A DNA stretch of 64,000 nt from an uncultured Candidatus Saccharibacteria bacterium (GCA_964441495.1 CAYTXV010000002.1:9168-73167), one strand, 5' to 3'; positions 27,696-35,780 are shown, counted from the first letter of the stretch. Notes: generated from the letters alone by a model not told the origin. Translations and numbers: made by a program.

Positions 27696-29207
27696 TTACT
27701 TACGAACGCCGTGTTTCATGTGTAACTTTCCAACTTCTGCCTCGTTTACTTTCTCCTTTGTATCTTTTGCCTTTTCTCCAAGTACTTTGAGGTCTTTGTC
27801 CTCGAGCTCGTCCAGATCTTTGGCTCGTTCAGTGAGGGTTTCGATAGTATTAAGGTTAGGGTTTTCGAGGACTTCTTCGAGAAGGGCGTGGAGTATCCAA
27901 CCCATACGGGGTCCCGGTTTCATGTGTAACGTTTGTATAAGGTAGGCGCCGTCTATCGCAAGTTGCGATACAGAGATCGGGTCGCGAAGCGCTTCTTCGA
28001 TCATTGCGTGGTATTTGCGCAGGCGATAGGGGGCTTCTGCCTTTTTCATACCGACACGGTCGCACTCGCGTACCTGCATCAGTGTCCAGATGTGCTCAGG
28101 ACCAACTTTTTGGATGATTCTTCGGACAGCAGAGAGGGTGATCTGCTCAGTATCTGAGAAAAACATATGGTTTCGCACAAGAGAGGTTACACGTGTAACT
28201 GTTTCACGTGAAAAGCGAAGCCTATCGAGTATCATCCGTGCCATACGAGCACCGACCACTTCATGCCCAAAAAAGGTGTATTTATCGCGCGATCGGTCAT
28301 ATCTGCGGGTTGCAGGCTTGCCGATGTCATGAAACAAGGCTGCGAGACGGACTTCCAGAGGATATCCTTTGTCTGCTGCATGCTGGAGTGCGTGCAGGAG
28401 GTGTTCATAAACATCGTATATATGGGCACCTTTTTGGTCGCACCCGATACCTTGCTGGAGTTCTGGGATGATGTGTTTGAGGAGTCCGGTCTTTTCGAGC
28501 AGGGCTACTCCGAAGCTTGGAGTAGGGGAATTGATGATTTTGACCAGTTCATCTCGGATACGTTCTCCAGATATTTGTGCCAGGAGGTCTGCATGTTTTG
28601 TGACAGCACCAAGTGTTTCATGTGTAACGGTAAACCCAAGTGTTGTGGAAAACCTGACTGCTCGGAGCATCCGGAGCGCATCCTCTTGGAAGCGTACCTC
28701 TGGGTAAAGGACACATTTGATAGATTTGTCCTTTATGTCTTTTTGTCCATTATACGGGTCTACAATAGTGTCCGAGATAGGATCCCAGGCGATTGCGTTC
28801 ATCGTGAAGTCTCGTCGCTCGAGGTCTTTGGTAAGCTCTGTTTCATATGAAACGCTATCTGGACGGCGATTGTCGCTATAGGAGCCTTCGGATCGGTAGG
28901 TGGTTATCTGTACAGTATTGTCCTGGTCAGGTGTTACACCTGCCTGCGCAGGCAGGCGTGAATCCTTGTCTGGAGGCATATTGAGCACGGTGACTGTTCC
29001 AAATGCATTTTCGTGTACTGTCTTGAGGGTTGGGAACAGTGCAACAACTTCCTCAGGGTGAGCATTTGTGGTGATGTCCCAGTCTTTGGGAGTACCACCC
29101 ATAAGGAGATCTCGAACACAGCCGCCAACCAGGTACGCCTCAAAACCCGCTTCTTGCAGGGTAGTGGTTACACGTGTAACAAATGAGGGTATTGATGAGA
29201 TATCCAT
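27696..29207 (-). CDS. cca: CCA-adding tRNA nucleotidyltransferase with a C-terminal HD domain
   Basis: 503 aa with GGCVRDLLMG..PKDWDITT, ...RRDFTMNA... and HD-domain residues (LFHDIGKP). Confidence 0.9.
   Translation of the reverse strand: MDISSIPSFVTRVTTTLQEAGFEAYLVGGCVRDLLMGGTPKDWDITTNAHPEEVVALFPTLKTVHENAFGTVTVLNMPPDKDSRLPAQAGVTPDQDNTVQITTYRSEGSYSDNRRPDSVSYETELTKDLERRDFTMNAIAWDPISDTIVDPYNGQKDIKDKSIKCVLYPEVRFQEDALRMLRAVRFSTTLGFTVTHETLGAVTKHADLLAQISGERIRDELVKIINSPTPSFGVALLEKTGLLKHIIPELQQGIGCDQKGAHIYDVYEHLLHALQHAADKGYPLEVRLAALFHDIGKPATRRYDRSRDKYTFFGHEVVGARMARMILDRLRFSRETVTRVTSLVRNHMFFSDTEQITLSAVRRIIQKVGPEHIWTLMQVRECDRVGMKKAEAPYRLRKYHAMIEEALRDPISVSQLAIDGAYLIQTLHMKPGPRMGWILHALLEEVLENPNLNTIETLTERAKDLDELEDKDLKVLGEKAKDTKEKVNEAEVGKLHMKHGVRK
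28186..28199. repeat. 14-bp perfect palindrome GTTACACGTGTAAC (copy 1), followed by palindrome TTTCACGTGAAA at 28202..28213
   Basis: Read directly from the sequence. Lies inside cca and encodes VTRVT. Confidence 0.95.
28939..28956. repeat. 18-bp perfect palindrome CCTGCCTGCGCAGGCAGG, copy 2 (in frame in cca, encodes LPAQAG)
   Basis: Read directly from the sequence. It overlaps the 15-bp palindrome CAGGTGTTACACCTG (28928..28942). (29207-28955) is divisible by 3. Confidence 0.95.
29167..29180. repeat. 14-bp perfect palindrome GTTACACGTGTAAC (copy 2)
   Basis: Read directly from the sequence. Lies in codons 10-14 of cca and encodes VTRVT in the same frame as copy 1. Confidence 0.95.
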
Positions 29208-29225
29208 AGGATATTAAGAATATAG

Positions 29226-29297
29226 TGCACCTACCAGGATTCGAACCCAGAATAACGGTTCCGAAGACCGCTGTGATATCCATTTCACCATAGGTGC
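29226..29297 (-). tRNA. tRNA-Arg (anticodon TCG), CCA not encoded
   Basis: Manual cloverleaf on the reverse complement: acceptor GCACCTA/TAGGTGC, anticodon arm GCGGT-CTTCGGA-ACCGT, T-loop TTCGAAT. The T stem has two G-U pairs. Confidence 0.75.
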
Positions 29298-29382
29298 GTA
29301 CCCGCACTATACCACTATTTATCCAACCAATAAAGTATCGTTGCAAAATACACAATCATGCGTATACTAGGGATGTCTAACC

Positions 29383-29453
29383 GCAGTCATAGTTTAGTGG
29401 TAGAACGACTCGTTGCCAACGAGTAGGTTGGGGTCCGATTCCCCATGATTGCA
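29383..29453 (+). tRNA. tRNA-Gly (anticodon GCC), CCA not encoded
   Basis: Acceptor GCAGTCA/TGATTGC, anticodon arm ACTCG-TTGCCAA-CGAGT, T arm TGGGG-TCCGATT-CCCCA. Confidence 0.85.
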
Positions 29454-29467
29454 CAAAATAGATCGAT

Positions 29468-29498
29468 ACAAAAAGACCGGGAAAACCGGTCTTTTTGT
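29468..29498. terminator. intrinsic terminator (bidirectional shape)
   Basis: acaaaaagaccgg-gaaaa-ccggtctttttgt forms a 13-bp stem flanked by A and T runs. Confidence 0.7.
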
Positions 29499-29648
29499 AT
29501 GAAACATGACTGTCTATTAGACAAAATGCGTCTAATATGGGGATAAAACTGTTATTTTTCAACAAAACTGTGGATAACTCGGGGTATAAGTGGGATAACA
29601 GACATCCTATAGACGTACTTTATCAGTCCTTGAACTCGATACAGTACG

Positions 29649-30011
29649 ATGGTACACGTGAAACGGTTTACTTCTCCAACACAAAAACGTGGCGCCCGTG
29701 GTGAAGCACTTGCAGTCGAGTTTCTCCAGAGAGAGGGTTTCACCATAGTCGCTCGAAACGTTTCAGGAAGCTATGGCGAGATAGATATCATCGCCAAAAA
29801 GGGTGGCGTGTACTACTTTTTTGAAGTAAAAGCAGGCAATCCTGCAACTGGTATACACCCCGCAGAAAACCTCACTCCTACCAAGATCCGCAAAGTCCTT
29901 GGCACAGTAGCGTACTACGCCATGATTCACCATATAGGGGAGTACAGAGTAGAAGGGGTCATTGTACTTATGGGGGACAATCCTTCTATATACCGAACAG
30001 AGCTTTTTTAG
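29649..30011 (+). CDS. yraN: YraN-family (UPF0102) endonuclease-like protein
   Basis: 120 aa with RGARGEALAVEFLQREGFTIVARN...GEIDIIAKKGGVYYFFEVKA. Confidence 0.8.
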   Translation: MVHVKRFTSPTQKRGARGEALAVEFLQREGFTIVARNVSGSYGEIDIIAKKGGVYYFFEVKAGNPATGIHPAENLTPTKIRKVLGTVAYYAMIHHIGEYRVEGVIVLMGDNPSIYRTELF

Positions 30012-30055
30012 GCTTTATTTTGAAGGCGGCTTCTGCTATGATGCAAACGCTCGCA

Positions 30056-30129
30056 CGGGCTATCGTACAGTGGTAGTATTTGCCCATGGGGTGGGTAAGG
30101 CTTGGGTTCGATTCCCAATAGCCCGACCA
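30056..30129 (+). tRNA. tRNA-Pro (anticodon GGG), CCA encoded
   Basis: C1-G72 acceptor pair (CGGGCTA/TAGCCCG) and A73 are typical of bacterial tRNA-Pro. The anticodon arm is TGCCC-ATGGGGT-GGGTA, the T-loop is TTCGATT, and the 3' end is ACCA. Confidence 0.85.
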
Positions 30130-30181
30130 AAAAGAAAAAACACCGCGGGGTGTAAGACAAGCTTGCACCCCTCGTAGTTCG

Positions 30182-30209
30182 GTCATAAAAATGCTAGCAT
30201 TTTTATGAC
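30182..30209. repeat. 28-nt perfect palindrome GTCATAAAAATGCTAGCATTTTTATGAC between the two tRNA-Pro genes
   Basis: Read directly from the sequence. Possibly a processing or terminator hairpin. Confidence 0.9.
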
Positions 30210-30219
30210 ACTCACCACT

Positions 30220-30290
30220 CGGGGTGTAGTATATCGGTAGTATACATGTTTTGGGAACATGAGGGCAGGGTTCGATTCCCTGCACCCCGA
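30220..30290 (+). tRNA. tRNA-Pro (anticodon TGG), CCA not encoded
   Basis: Acceptor CGGGGTG/CACCCCG plus A73, anticodon arm CATGT-TTTGGGA-ACATG, T arm CAGGG-TTCGATT-CCCTG. Confidence 0.8.
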
Positions 30291-30339
30291 CACGGTGAAG
30301 CAGATGCTTCACAAAAGAGTTTGATACAATACAAATAGC

Positions 30340-30413
30340 GCGGGATTAGTTTATCGGTAAAACATCAGTTTTCCAAACTGAGGTGAAGGGTTCGACTCCC
30401 TTATCCCGCACCA
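30340..30413 (+). tRNA. tRNA-Gly (anticodon TCC), CCA encoded
   Basis: Acceptor GCGGGAT/ATCCCGC, anticodon arm TCAGT-TTTCCAA-ACTGA, T arm AAGGG-TTCGACT-CCCTT, 3' ACCA. Confidence 0.9.
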
Positions 30414-30484
30414 AAAAAGTTTTGCACAAAGATACGAACAAATCTTTGTCTCTATAGATATATGTTTGGTATACTTGATGCATA

Positions 30485-32263
30485 ATGTTCGCGTCTATCA
30501 AACAGTTCTATCGATCGCACAACAAAACACTCATCGCGCTTGCGGCCGCAAGTGTGTTCTCGGTACTCACTGCATACGCAACTCCTCCTGGATCTCCATA
30601 CACCGCAGGTGCAACCCTTGATCCTGCATGTGCACCAGGAGATACCAACTGTAGTGTACTCATCATCCCTGATCAGACAGGGAACAGCGGAGAGTATTTG
30701 ACAACTAACGGCACGACTCTAAGCTGGGCGAGTGTACCCGGAGGAAGTTCGCTTATCGGATCAACATCAGCTAGTGGAAGTGGTGAGACATGGCTTGGGT
30801 ACGGCGCCGGGACAGGAGGTTCAGCTAGTGATACTGTATTTATAGGGAACGATGCTGGTGGTAATGCGACCAGCGCAACTAACGCGGTATTTGTGGGTGG
30901 AGGTGCGGGGTATCTTGCAACAAATGCTCAAGTTTCAAACTTTATTGGAAGTCAAGCAGGGCTTAACGCTACAAATGCACAGTATTCAAACTTCATTGGA
31001 TCCCAAGCTGGAAAAAATGCATTAAATGCTTTTAGTTCAAACTTTATTGGGGATCAAGCAGGGTACGGAGCAGCAAATGCAACGAATTCTGTTTTTATCG
31101 GAAAAAGCGCTGGACTTAATGTCGCAAGTGATAATACCTATAGCACGAGTTTTCCGCCAGCATATTTTTGGAGTGTTTTTATTGGAGATAGCGCTGGTAG
31201 TGCTGCAACTGATGCGTATCGATCTGTTTTTATCGGCTCTTTCAGTGGTCAAAATGCAGTAAATGCTTCAGAGAGTGTTTTTATAGGAGAACAAGCTGGT
31301 GCGGGTGCTGGAAACGCAACCTATTCGATTGCTATTGGTAAGAAGGCTGGATTTAACGCCACAAATGCAGACGAAGCAACATTTATAGGTGCTTTTTCGG
31401 GAAACACTGCTGCAAATGCAGACAATTCAACTATGCTTGGTTTTAATGCAGGAAACGGTGCAACCAATGCTGCAAACTCAATTTTTATTGGTTACGAGGC
31501 AGGGCTGAGTGATACAGTCGACAATACCGGAGGTTCAACTTCTATCTTGATTGGAAATAGTACTGCTACTGGTGGTTTTGTAGATAGTATTGCGCTTGGT
31601 ACTGGCGCAACCAACACCGCCTCCAACCAGTTCATGATCGGCTCCACCACGCGCCCTATCGACATCACCCGTTGGAACGGGAGTGCAAGCACGCAATGTA
31701 CGCTCACCACTGGTACTGGTATCGCGTGTACTTCAGATGAACGTCTCAAGGAAAACATCACTACACTCGGAGACGACACACTTTCTAAACTTCGAAACAT
31801 CGACACCGTCACCTTCACCTGGAAGAACGCACTCTCAGATACCACGCAGATCGGTTTCATCGCACAGAACCTTGAACAATACTTCCCTCAGCTTGTTGCA
31901 ACAGACACTGACGGCTACAAGAGTGTCTACTACGCACAGATGACCCCGATCCTTACCAAAGCATTGCAGGAGCTTGATAGCAAAGTCGATGCGCTTGCTG
32001 GGCTTGATACTGCAACAAGCTTTATGGAAAGTATCGCTGCATGGCTTGCAGATGCTGCAAATGGTATACAGAAACTCTTTGCAAAAGAAATTGAAACAAC
32101 AACGCTTTGCGTCGCAGATGAGTCTGGCGCCAAGACATGTATCACCAAAGCGCAGCTCGACACACTCCTCGGACAGCAACAGGAAGTACTGCCACCTCAA
32201 GACCTACAAAAAACTACTCCCGAAGAAATAACTACATCACCATCCGATGAAACAAGTAACTAA
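30485..32263 (+). CDS. tail-fibre-like surface protein with a C-terminal peptidase-S74 intramolecular-chaperone domain
   Basis: 592 aa with a signal/TM. About 15 degenerate repeats follow the pattern N(A/S)xxSxFIGxxAGxxATNA. The C-terminus has TSDERLKENITTL...IGFIAQNLEQYFPQLV...YKSVYYAQMTPILTKALQELDSKVDAL, the hallmark of the endosialidase/tail-fibre chaperone. Confidence 0.75.
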   Translation: MFASIKQFYRSHNKTLIALAAASVFSVLTAYATPPGSPYTAGATLDPACAPGDTNCSVLIIPDQTGNSGEYLTTNGTTLSWASVPGGSSLIGSTSASGSGETWLGYGAGTGGSASDTVFIGNDAGGNATSATNAVFVGGGAGYLATNAQVSNFIGSQAGLNATNAQYSNFIGSQAGKNALNAFSSNFIGDQAGYGAANATNSVFIGKSAGLNVASDNTYSTSFPPAYFWSVFIGDSAGSAATDAYRSVFIGSFSGQNAVNASESVFIGEQAGAGAGNATYSIAIGKKAGFNATNADEATFIGAFSGNTAANADNSTMLGFNAGNGATNAANSIFIGYEAGLSDTVDNTGGSTSILIGNSTATGGFVDSIALGTGATNTASNQFMIGSTTRPIDITRWNGSASTQCTLTTGTGIACTSDERLKENITTLGDDTLSKLRNIDTVTFTWKNALSDTTQIGFIAQNLEQYFPQLVATDTDGYKSVYYAQMTPILTKALQELDSKVDALAGLDTATSFMESIAAWLADAANGIQKLFAKEIETTTLCVADESGAKTCITKAQLDTLLGQQQEVLPPQDLQKTTPEEITTSPSDETSN

Positions 32264-34187
32264 CATGAAATGGTATATCACTGGCATCATCTGCGCACTG
32301 ATGGTTGCAGCAGGGGTTTCTGCAGCGAGTGTGGGCACAATCGATCCAAACAATGTCGGTAACTACAAAGCGGTCATACTCAACACAGACCTCGGCAGTG
32401 CAACAACGATCAACTTTGGCAAGTTCACGACGCAAGCAAGTAAAAACATCACTGTTTCAAACACTGAACTTCGCGGGTACGCATGGGGAGATGGCGTCGG
32501 CTGGATTGTGATGAACTGTGCTGATACGACCAGTGGATGTAGTAGCACCAACGGCAACTTCAAAGTTGCAAACGATGGTGCTGGCAATCTCTCGGGATAC
32601 GCGTGGGGAGAAAATACTGGCTGGATCAACTTTGGACCATTTGCAAACTCTGGTGCTTCTCCGATCAAGATAGATAGTGATGGAAAGTTTACTGGATACG
32701 CGTGGGGAGAAAATACTGGCTGGATCAAGTTTGACTGCGGTAGTGCAGGGAGCTGCGTCGAAACCAACTGGCGTGCACCTTCTGGACCATCAGGAGGTGG
32801 TGGAGGAAATCCGCCACCAGTGGTATGTACAGATCCGTTTGCACTTAATCTAGGCGGTGCGCTTCCATGTGTATATCCCACAACACCGACACTTTGTACT
32901 GATCTTGGAGCAACAAACTTTGGTGGGACACTTCCATGTACGTATGCACCCGTTTGTACTGATGTTGCCGCAACAAATCAAGGTGACCCACTTCCGTGTG
33001 TGTACCCGCAGACAACGTGTACTGACCCTGATGCGCTCAACGTCGGCAACCCGCTTCCATGTCAGTACCCAACTCCGTTTTGTGTACAAAACCCAACAGA
33101 TCCTGCATGTGTCGGCACCAACCCACCAACACTGACGTTTTGTGAGCAGTATCCAGAAGCCTGTGTCCCGCCAAATGGCCCCACAACAACAGAGGTGATC
33201 ACCAACTCTGTCGCAGGAGGAGTGCAGTACTTTGTCGGAAGTGCAGTACAAAAGGCGATCGCAGCAACAGGTATCGCTGCGGTCGGTGTCGGATCGATAG
33301 CGCTCATGCTTGTAGGGACACCGTTCTCACTTGTGGATCTCGCGCTCTGGATCAGTCGACTCTGGTCACTCATCCTTGTTGCATTTGGTATCAAGCGCAA
33401 GGCAAACCCATGGGGGACTGTGTACGATTCAGTCACCAAGCAACCGATTGATCCCGCATATGTTGTGCTCTATGGTGCTGATGGCAAAGAGATAGCAACA
33501 TCGATAACAGACATCGAAGGTCGCTATGGATTTGCAGTCCCACCAGGCACTTATACGATCGTTGCCAACAAGACAAACTACGTGTTCCCATCGGTCAAGC
33601 TCGCAGGCAAAAGCGAAGACGAGCTCTACAACAACCTCTACTTTGGCGGACAGATTGTGGTTGAAAAAGATGGTGAGATCATCGGCAAAAACATCCCGAT
33701 GGATGCTATAGGCTTTGACTGGAACGAGTATGCAAAGGATGAGCAGCGTAGACTGAGACATTTCCATCGTCGTGACGTGCTCATCGCACAGATTTCACAC
33801 GGACTCTTTGTGGCAGGGTTTATCATCACCGGAGTTGCAACGATTGTCTCTCCAACGACGTTCAACATCATCATGAGCGCACTCTATGTGATCCTTGCGG
33901 TGCTCCAGATCCTCGGTATATCAGTACGCCCGATGGGAGGAGTTGCTGACTATACGACCAACATGCCGCTCCCGTTTAGTGTTGTGCGTGTGTACTCAAC
34001 TGCAACCAACAAAGAGCTCATGCATCGGGTCGCAGATGCGCGAGGTAGGTACTACGCACTTATCGCAAACGGTACGTACCGTATTGTCGTTGATCGCAAA
34101 AACCCAGATCAGTCATATACACCGACTCCAGTCAATGATCCAGTGCCGGTCAAGCGCGGATATCTCAAACAGATATTTCGTATCTAA
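32247..34187 (+). CDS. surface/membrane protein with GYAWG..GWI.F repeats, Cys-containing CTD..A.N.G..LPC.YP repeats, TM helices and a CarboxypepD_reg-like domain
   Basis: 646 aa with a signal peptide, 3 GYAW repeats, 5 short Cys repeats, at least 4 TM helices, and ITDIEGRYGFAVPPGTYTIVANKTNYVF. It overlaps the upstream gene by 17 nt. Confidence 0.6.
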   Translation: MKQVTNMKWYITGIICALMVAAGVSAASVGTIDPNNVGNYKAVILNTDLGSATTINFGKFTTQASKNITVSNTELRGYAWGDGVGWIVMNCADTTSGCSSTNGNFKVANDGAGNLSGYAWGENTGWINFGPFANSGASPIKIDSDGKFTGYAWGENTGWIKFDCGSAGSCVETNWRAPSGPSGGGGGNPPPVVCTDPFALNLGGALPCVYPTTPTLCTDLGATNFGGTLPCTYAPVCTDVAATNQGDPLPCVYPQTTCTDPDALNVGNPLPCQYPTPFCVQNPTDPACVGTNPPTLTFCEQYPEACVPPNGPTTTEVITNSVAGGVQYFVGSAVQKAIAATGIAAVGVGSIALMLVGTPFSLVDLALWISRLWSLILVAFGIKRKANPWGTVYDSVTKQPIDPAYVVLYGADGKEIATSITDIEGRYGFAVPPGTYTIVANKTNYVFPSVKLAGKSEDELYNNLYFGGQIVVEKDGEIIGKNIPMDAIGFDWNEYAKDEQRRLRHFHRRDVLIAQISHGLFVAGFIITGVATIVSPTTFNIIMSALYVILAVLQILGISVRPMGGVADYTTNMPLPFSVVRVYSTATNKELMHRVADARGRYYALIANGTYRIVVDRKNPDQSYTPTPVNDPVPVKRGYLKQIFRI

Positions 34188-34190
34188 TAC

Positions 34191-34219
34191 AAAACCACCC
34201 TTCGATGAAGGGTGGTTTT
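34191..34219. terminator. bidirectional intrinsic terminator between convergent genes
   Basis: aaaaccaccctt-cgatg-aagggtggtttt. Confidence 0.75.
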
Positions 34220-34226
34220 GTAGTAA

Positions 34227-34592
34227 TCATTTGATTAGTTCGTTTATCTTGGTGATGACATCGTCGAGGGTGAAGTTGCTTTTGACCATGAAGTCTGCAG
34301 CACCTGCATCCATCACACGCTTCATCTCTACATCATCAGAGAGGTTTGAAAATACAATCACAGGGATGGCTTTTGTCTTTTCATCAGACTTGAGCTCTTG
34401 GAGGATAGTGTGTCCGTCTACGTCGGGGAGCATGAGGTCAAGGAGGATCACATCAGGGAGTCCTGCTGCAAGAGCTGCGTCAACCTCTCTTTTGGTTGTT
34501 GCACTTGCTACTTCAAAACCGCTCTGGGTGAGTTTTGCGCTTTCAAGGTTTTTTAAAAATGAATCGTCTTCGATGGTCAGTATCTTTTTCAT
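34227..34592 (-). CDS. single-domain response regulator (CheY-like receiver)
   Basis: 121 aa with KILTIEDD...PDVILLDLMLPDVDG...KAIPVIVFSN. No output domain. Confidence 0.85.
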   Translation of the reverse strand: MKKILTIEDDSFLKNLESAKLTQSGFEVASATTKREVDAALAAGLPDVILLDLMLPDVDGHTILQELKSDEKTKAIPVIVFSNLSDDVEMKRVMDAGAADFMVKSNFTLDDVITKINELIK

Positions 34593-34615
34593 ATGGGTAG
34601 AGTATAGCAGACTTG

Positions 34616-35314
34616 CTAGCCCAAGGGGAGGGCGATGGTAAATGTGGTTCCGTCGCTCGGGGTGCTGGTGCAGGTGAGGGTACCGCCATGGCGCTCGACG
34701 ATATGCTTGCTCGCATAGAGCCCAAGCCCAACACCGGGGTAGTCTCGGGCAGTTGTTGCTCGGAAAAACTTGGTAAAGAGGTTGCGCTGCTCGCTCGACG
34801 GTACCGTGATCCCGTGATCAGTAACACTCAGATACACCCTGCCATCATCCACGCGGAGGTCAACGACGATGTCGGTTCCTTTTGAACCATACTTGATCGC
34901 GTTTTCGAGGAGGTTGTGGATGACGATGCGGAGTTTGTCTGTATCTGCATGGACAATGATCGGTGCTTCGGGCGGCGCATAGCGGATATGCATGTCTTTG
35001 GCACTTGCTTCGCTTGTGAAGTCTTTGATGGATTCTTCGATCAGAGATGAAAACAAAAGCGGAGAGAGGGTATAGGCAACAGTAGAGCCTTCGGTTTTGA
35101 CCACATCCATCGTATCGTTGATAAGTCCAATCATGCGCTCAGTAGAGCCAGATGCTTGCGAGAGCATCGCACGCTGCGTTTCGGTCAGTGGGCCGAAGTC
35201 ATCCGCAAGGAGCATCTTGAACAGCCACTTCATCGCAGCGAGTGAGGTCCGCAGCTCGTGTGCCGACACGAGGAAAAAGTCGAGTTTGTCTTGAGGGTCT
35301 CTAGAAGAGTTCAC
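34616..35314 (-). CDS. cytoplasmic sensor histidine kinase (HisKA + HATPase_c only)
   Basis: 232 aa with the H-box FLVSAHELRTSL, the N-box HNLLENAIKY and the G-boxes DHGITV / GVGLGL. It has no TM segment and no sensor domain. Confidence 0.85.
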   Translation of the reverse strand: MNSSRDPQDKLDFFLVSAHELRTSLAAMKWLFKMLLADDFGPLTETQRAMLSQASGSTERMIGLINDTMDVVKTEGSTVAYTLSPLLFSSLIEESIKDFTSEASAKDMHIRYAPPEAPIIVHADTDKLRIVIHNLLENAIKYGSKGTDIVVDLRVDDGRVYLSVTDHGITVPSSEQRNLFTKFFRATTARDYPGVGLGLYASKHIVERHGGTLTCTSTPSDGTTFTIALPLG

Positions 35315-35347
35315 ATCTACAGTGTAGCATTCTGTGTATAAAAATAA

Positions 35348-35365
35348 CCCCCTTATCTAAGGGGG
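35348..35365. terminator. intrinsic terminator hairpin downstream of the 101-aa gene
   Basis: ccccctta-tc-taaggggg with A/T runs on both sides. Confidence 0.6.
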
Positions 35366-35390
35366 CTTTTGTACATAAAATATGTAGTTA

Positions 35391-35696
35391 CTATGCAGCA
35401 ACTACTCTTCCAATCAGATCTCTGGCCGCGCTCCAGTCGTTTTCGACATACAAAAATTTTGTTTCAGGACAGGATGTGCCAACCTGTTCGATAAAGTCTT
35501 TTGCGACCTGTTTGTCGATGTAATGAAAGGCGATAACCGCCGGTTTCTCATTTTTGACAATGTTGCACAACCCTTTTGCATTTGGTGGGTACTTTTTGAG
35601 CCGCTGCTTCGGGACGATCCCGGACATGGCATTTTTAATAGTTTTGGAGGTTGTGGATTTGCTCAATTTTGAGGAAATAATAAACACTTTTTTCAT
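35391..35696 (-). CDS. hypothetical protein
   Basis: 101 aa, basic N-terminus, no recognised motif. Bounded by hairpins at 35348..35365 and 35757..35780. Confidence 0.4.
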   Translation of the reverse strand: MKKVFIISSKLSKSTTSKTIKNAMSGIVPKQRLKKYPPNAKGLCNIVKNEKPAVIAFHYIDKQVAKDFIEQVGTSCPETKFLYVENDWSAARDLIGRVVAA

Positions 35697-35756
35697 AAAT
35701 AGAAAGAATTTAAGTTTCCAAATACATTACCATATCATTTCACTAAGTCAAACAAA

Positions 35757-35780
35757 CCCACCACCCGGGTGGGTGGTGGG
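35757..35780 (-). terminator. intrinsic terminator downstream of the 309-aa gene
   Basis: cccaccaccc-gggt-gggtggtggg. On the minus strand it is followed by tttgtttg. Confidence 0.6.

Noticed and set aside
23217-29297. Tyrosine recombinase + AT-rich islet + tRNA cluster, considered as an integrated mobile element
   Set aside because: The recombinase has the Xer-type architecture and a housekeeping context (divergent from rpsO). xth and cca lie inside the interval. I found no direct repeat of a tRNA 3' end that would mark att sites. I kept it only as a low-interest islet observation.
29569-29577. Perfect DnaA box TGTGGATAA with two GGATAA-containing partial boxes nearby (about 29541 and 29593), considered as a possible oriC
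   Set aside because: A single exact 9-mer is expected about 0.5 times by chance in 64 kb on both strands. There is no dnaA/dnaN gene, no AT-rich unwinding element with 13-mers and no cluster of full boxes.
29986-30312. 108-aa minus-strand ORF
   Set aside because: It runs across tRNA-Pro(GGG), the 28-nt palindrome and tRNA-Pro(TGG), so it cannot be a real CDS.
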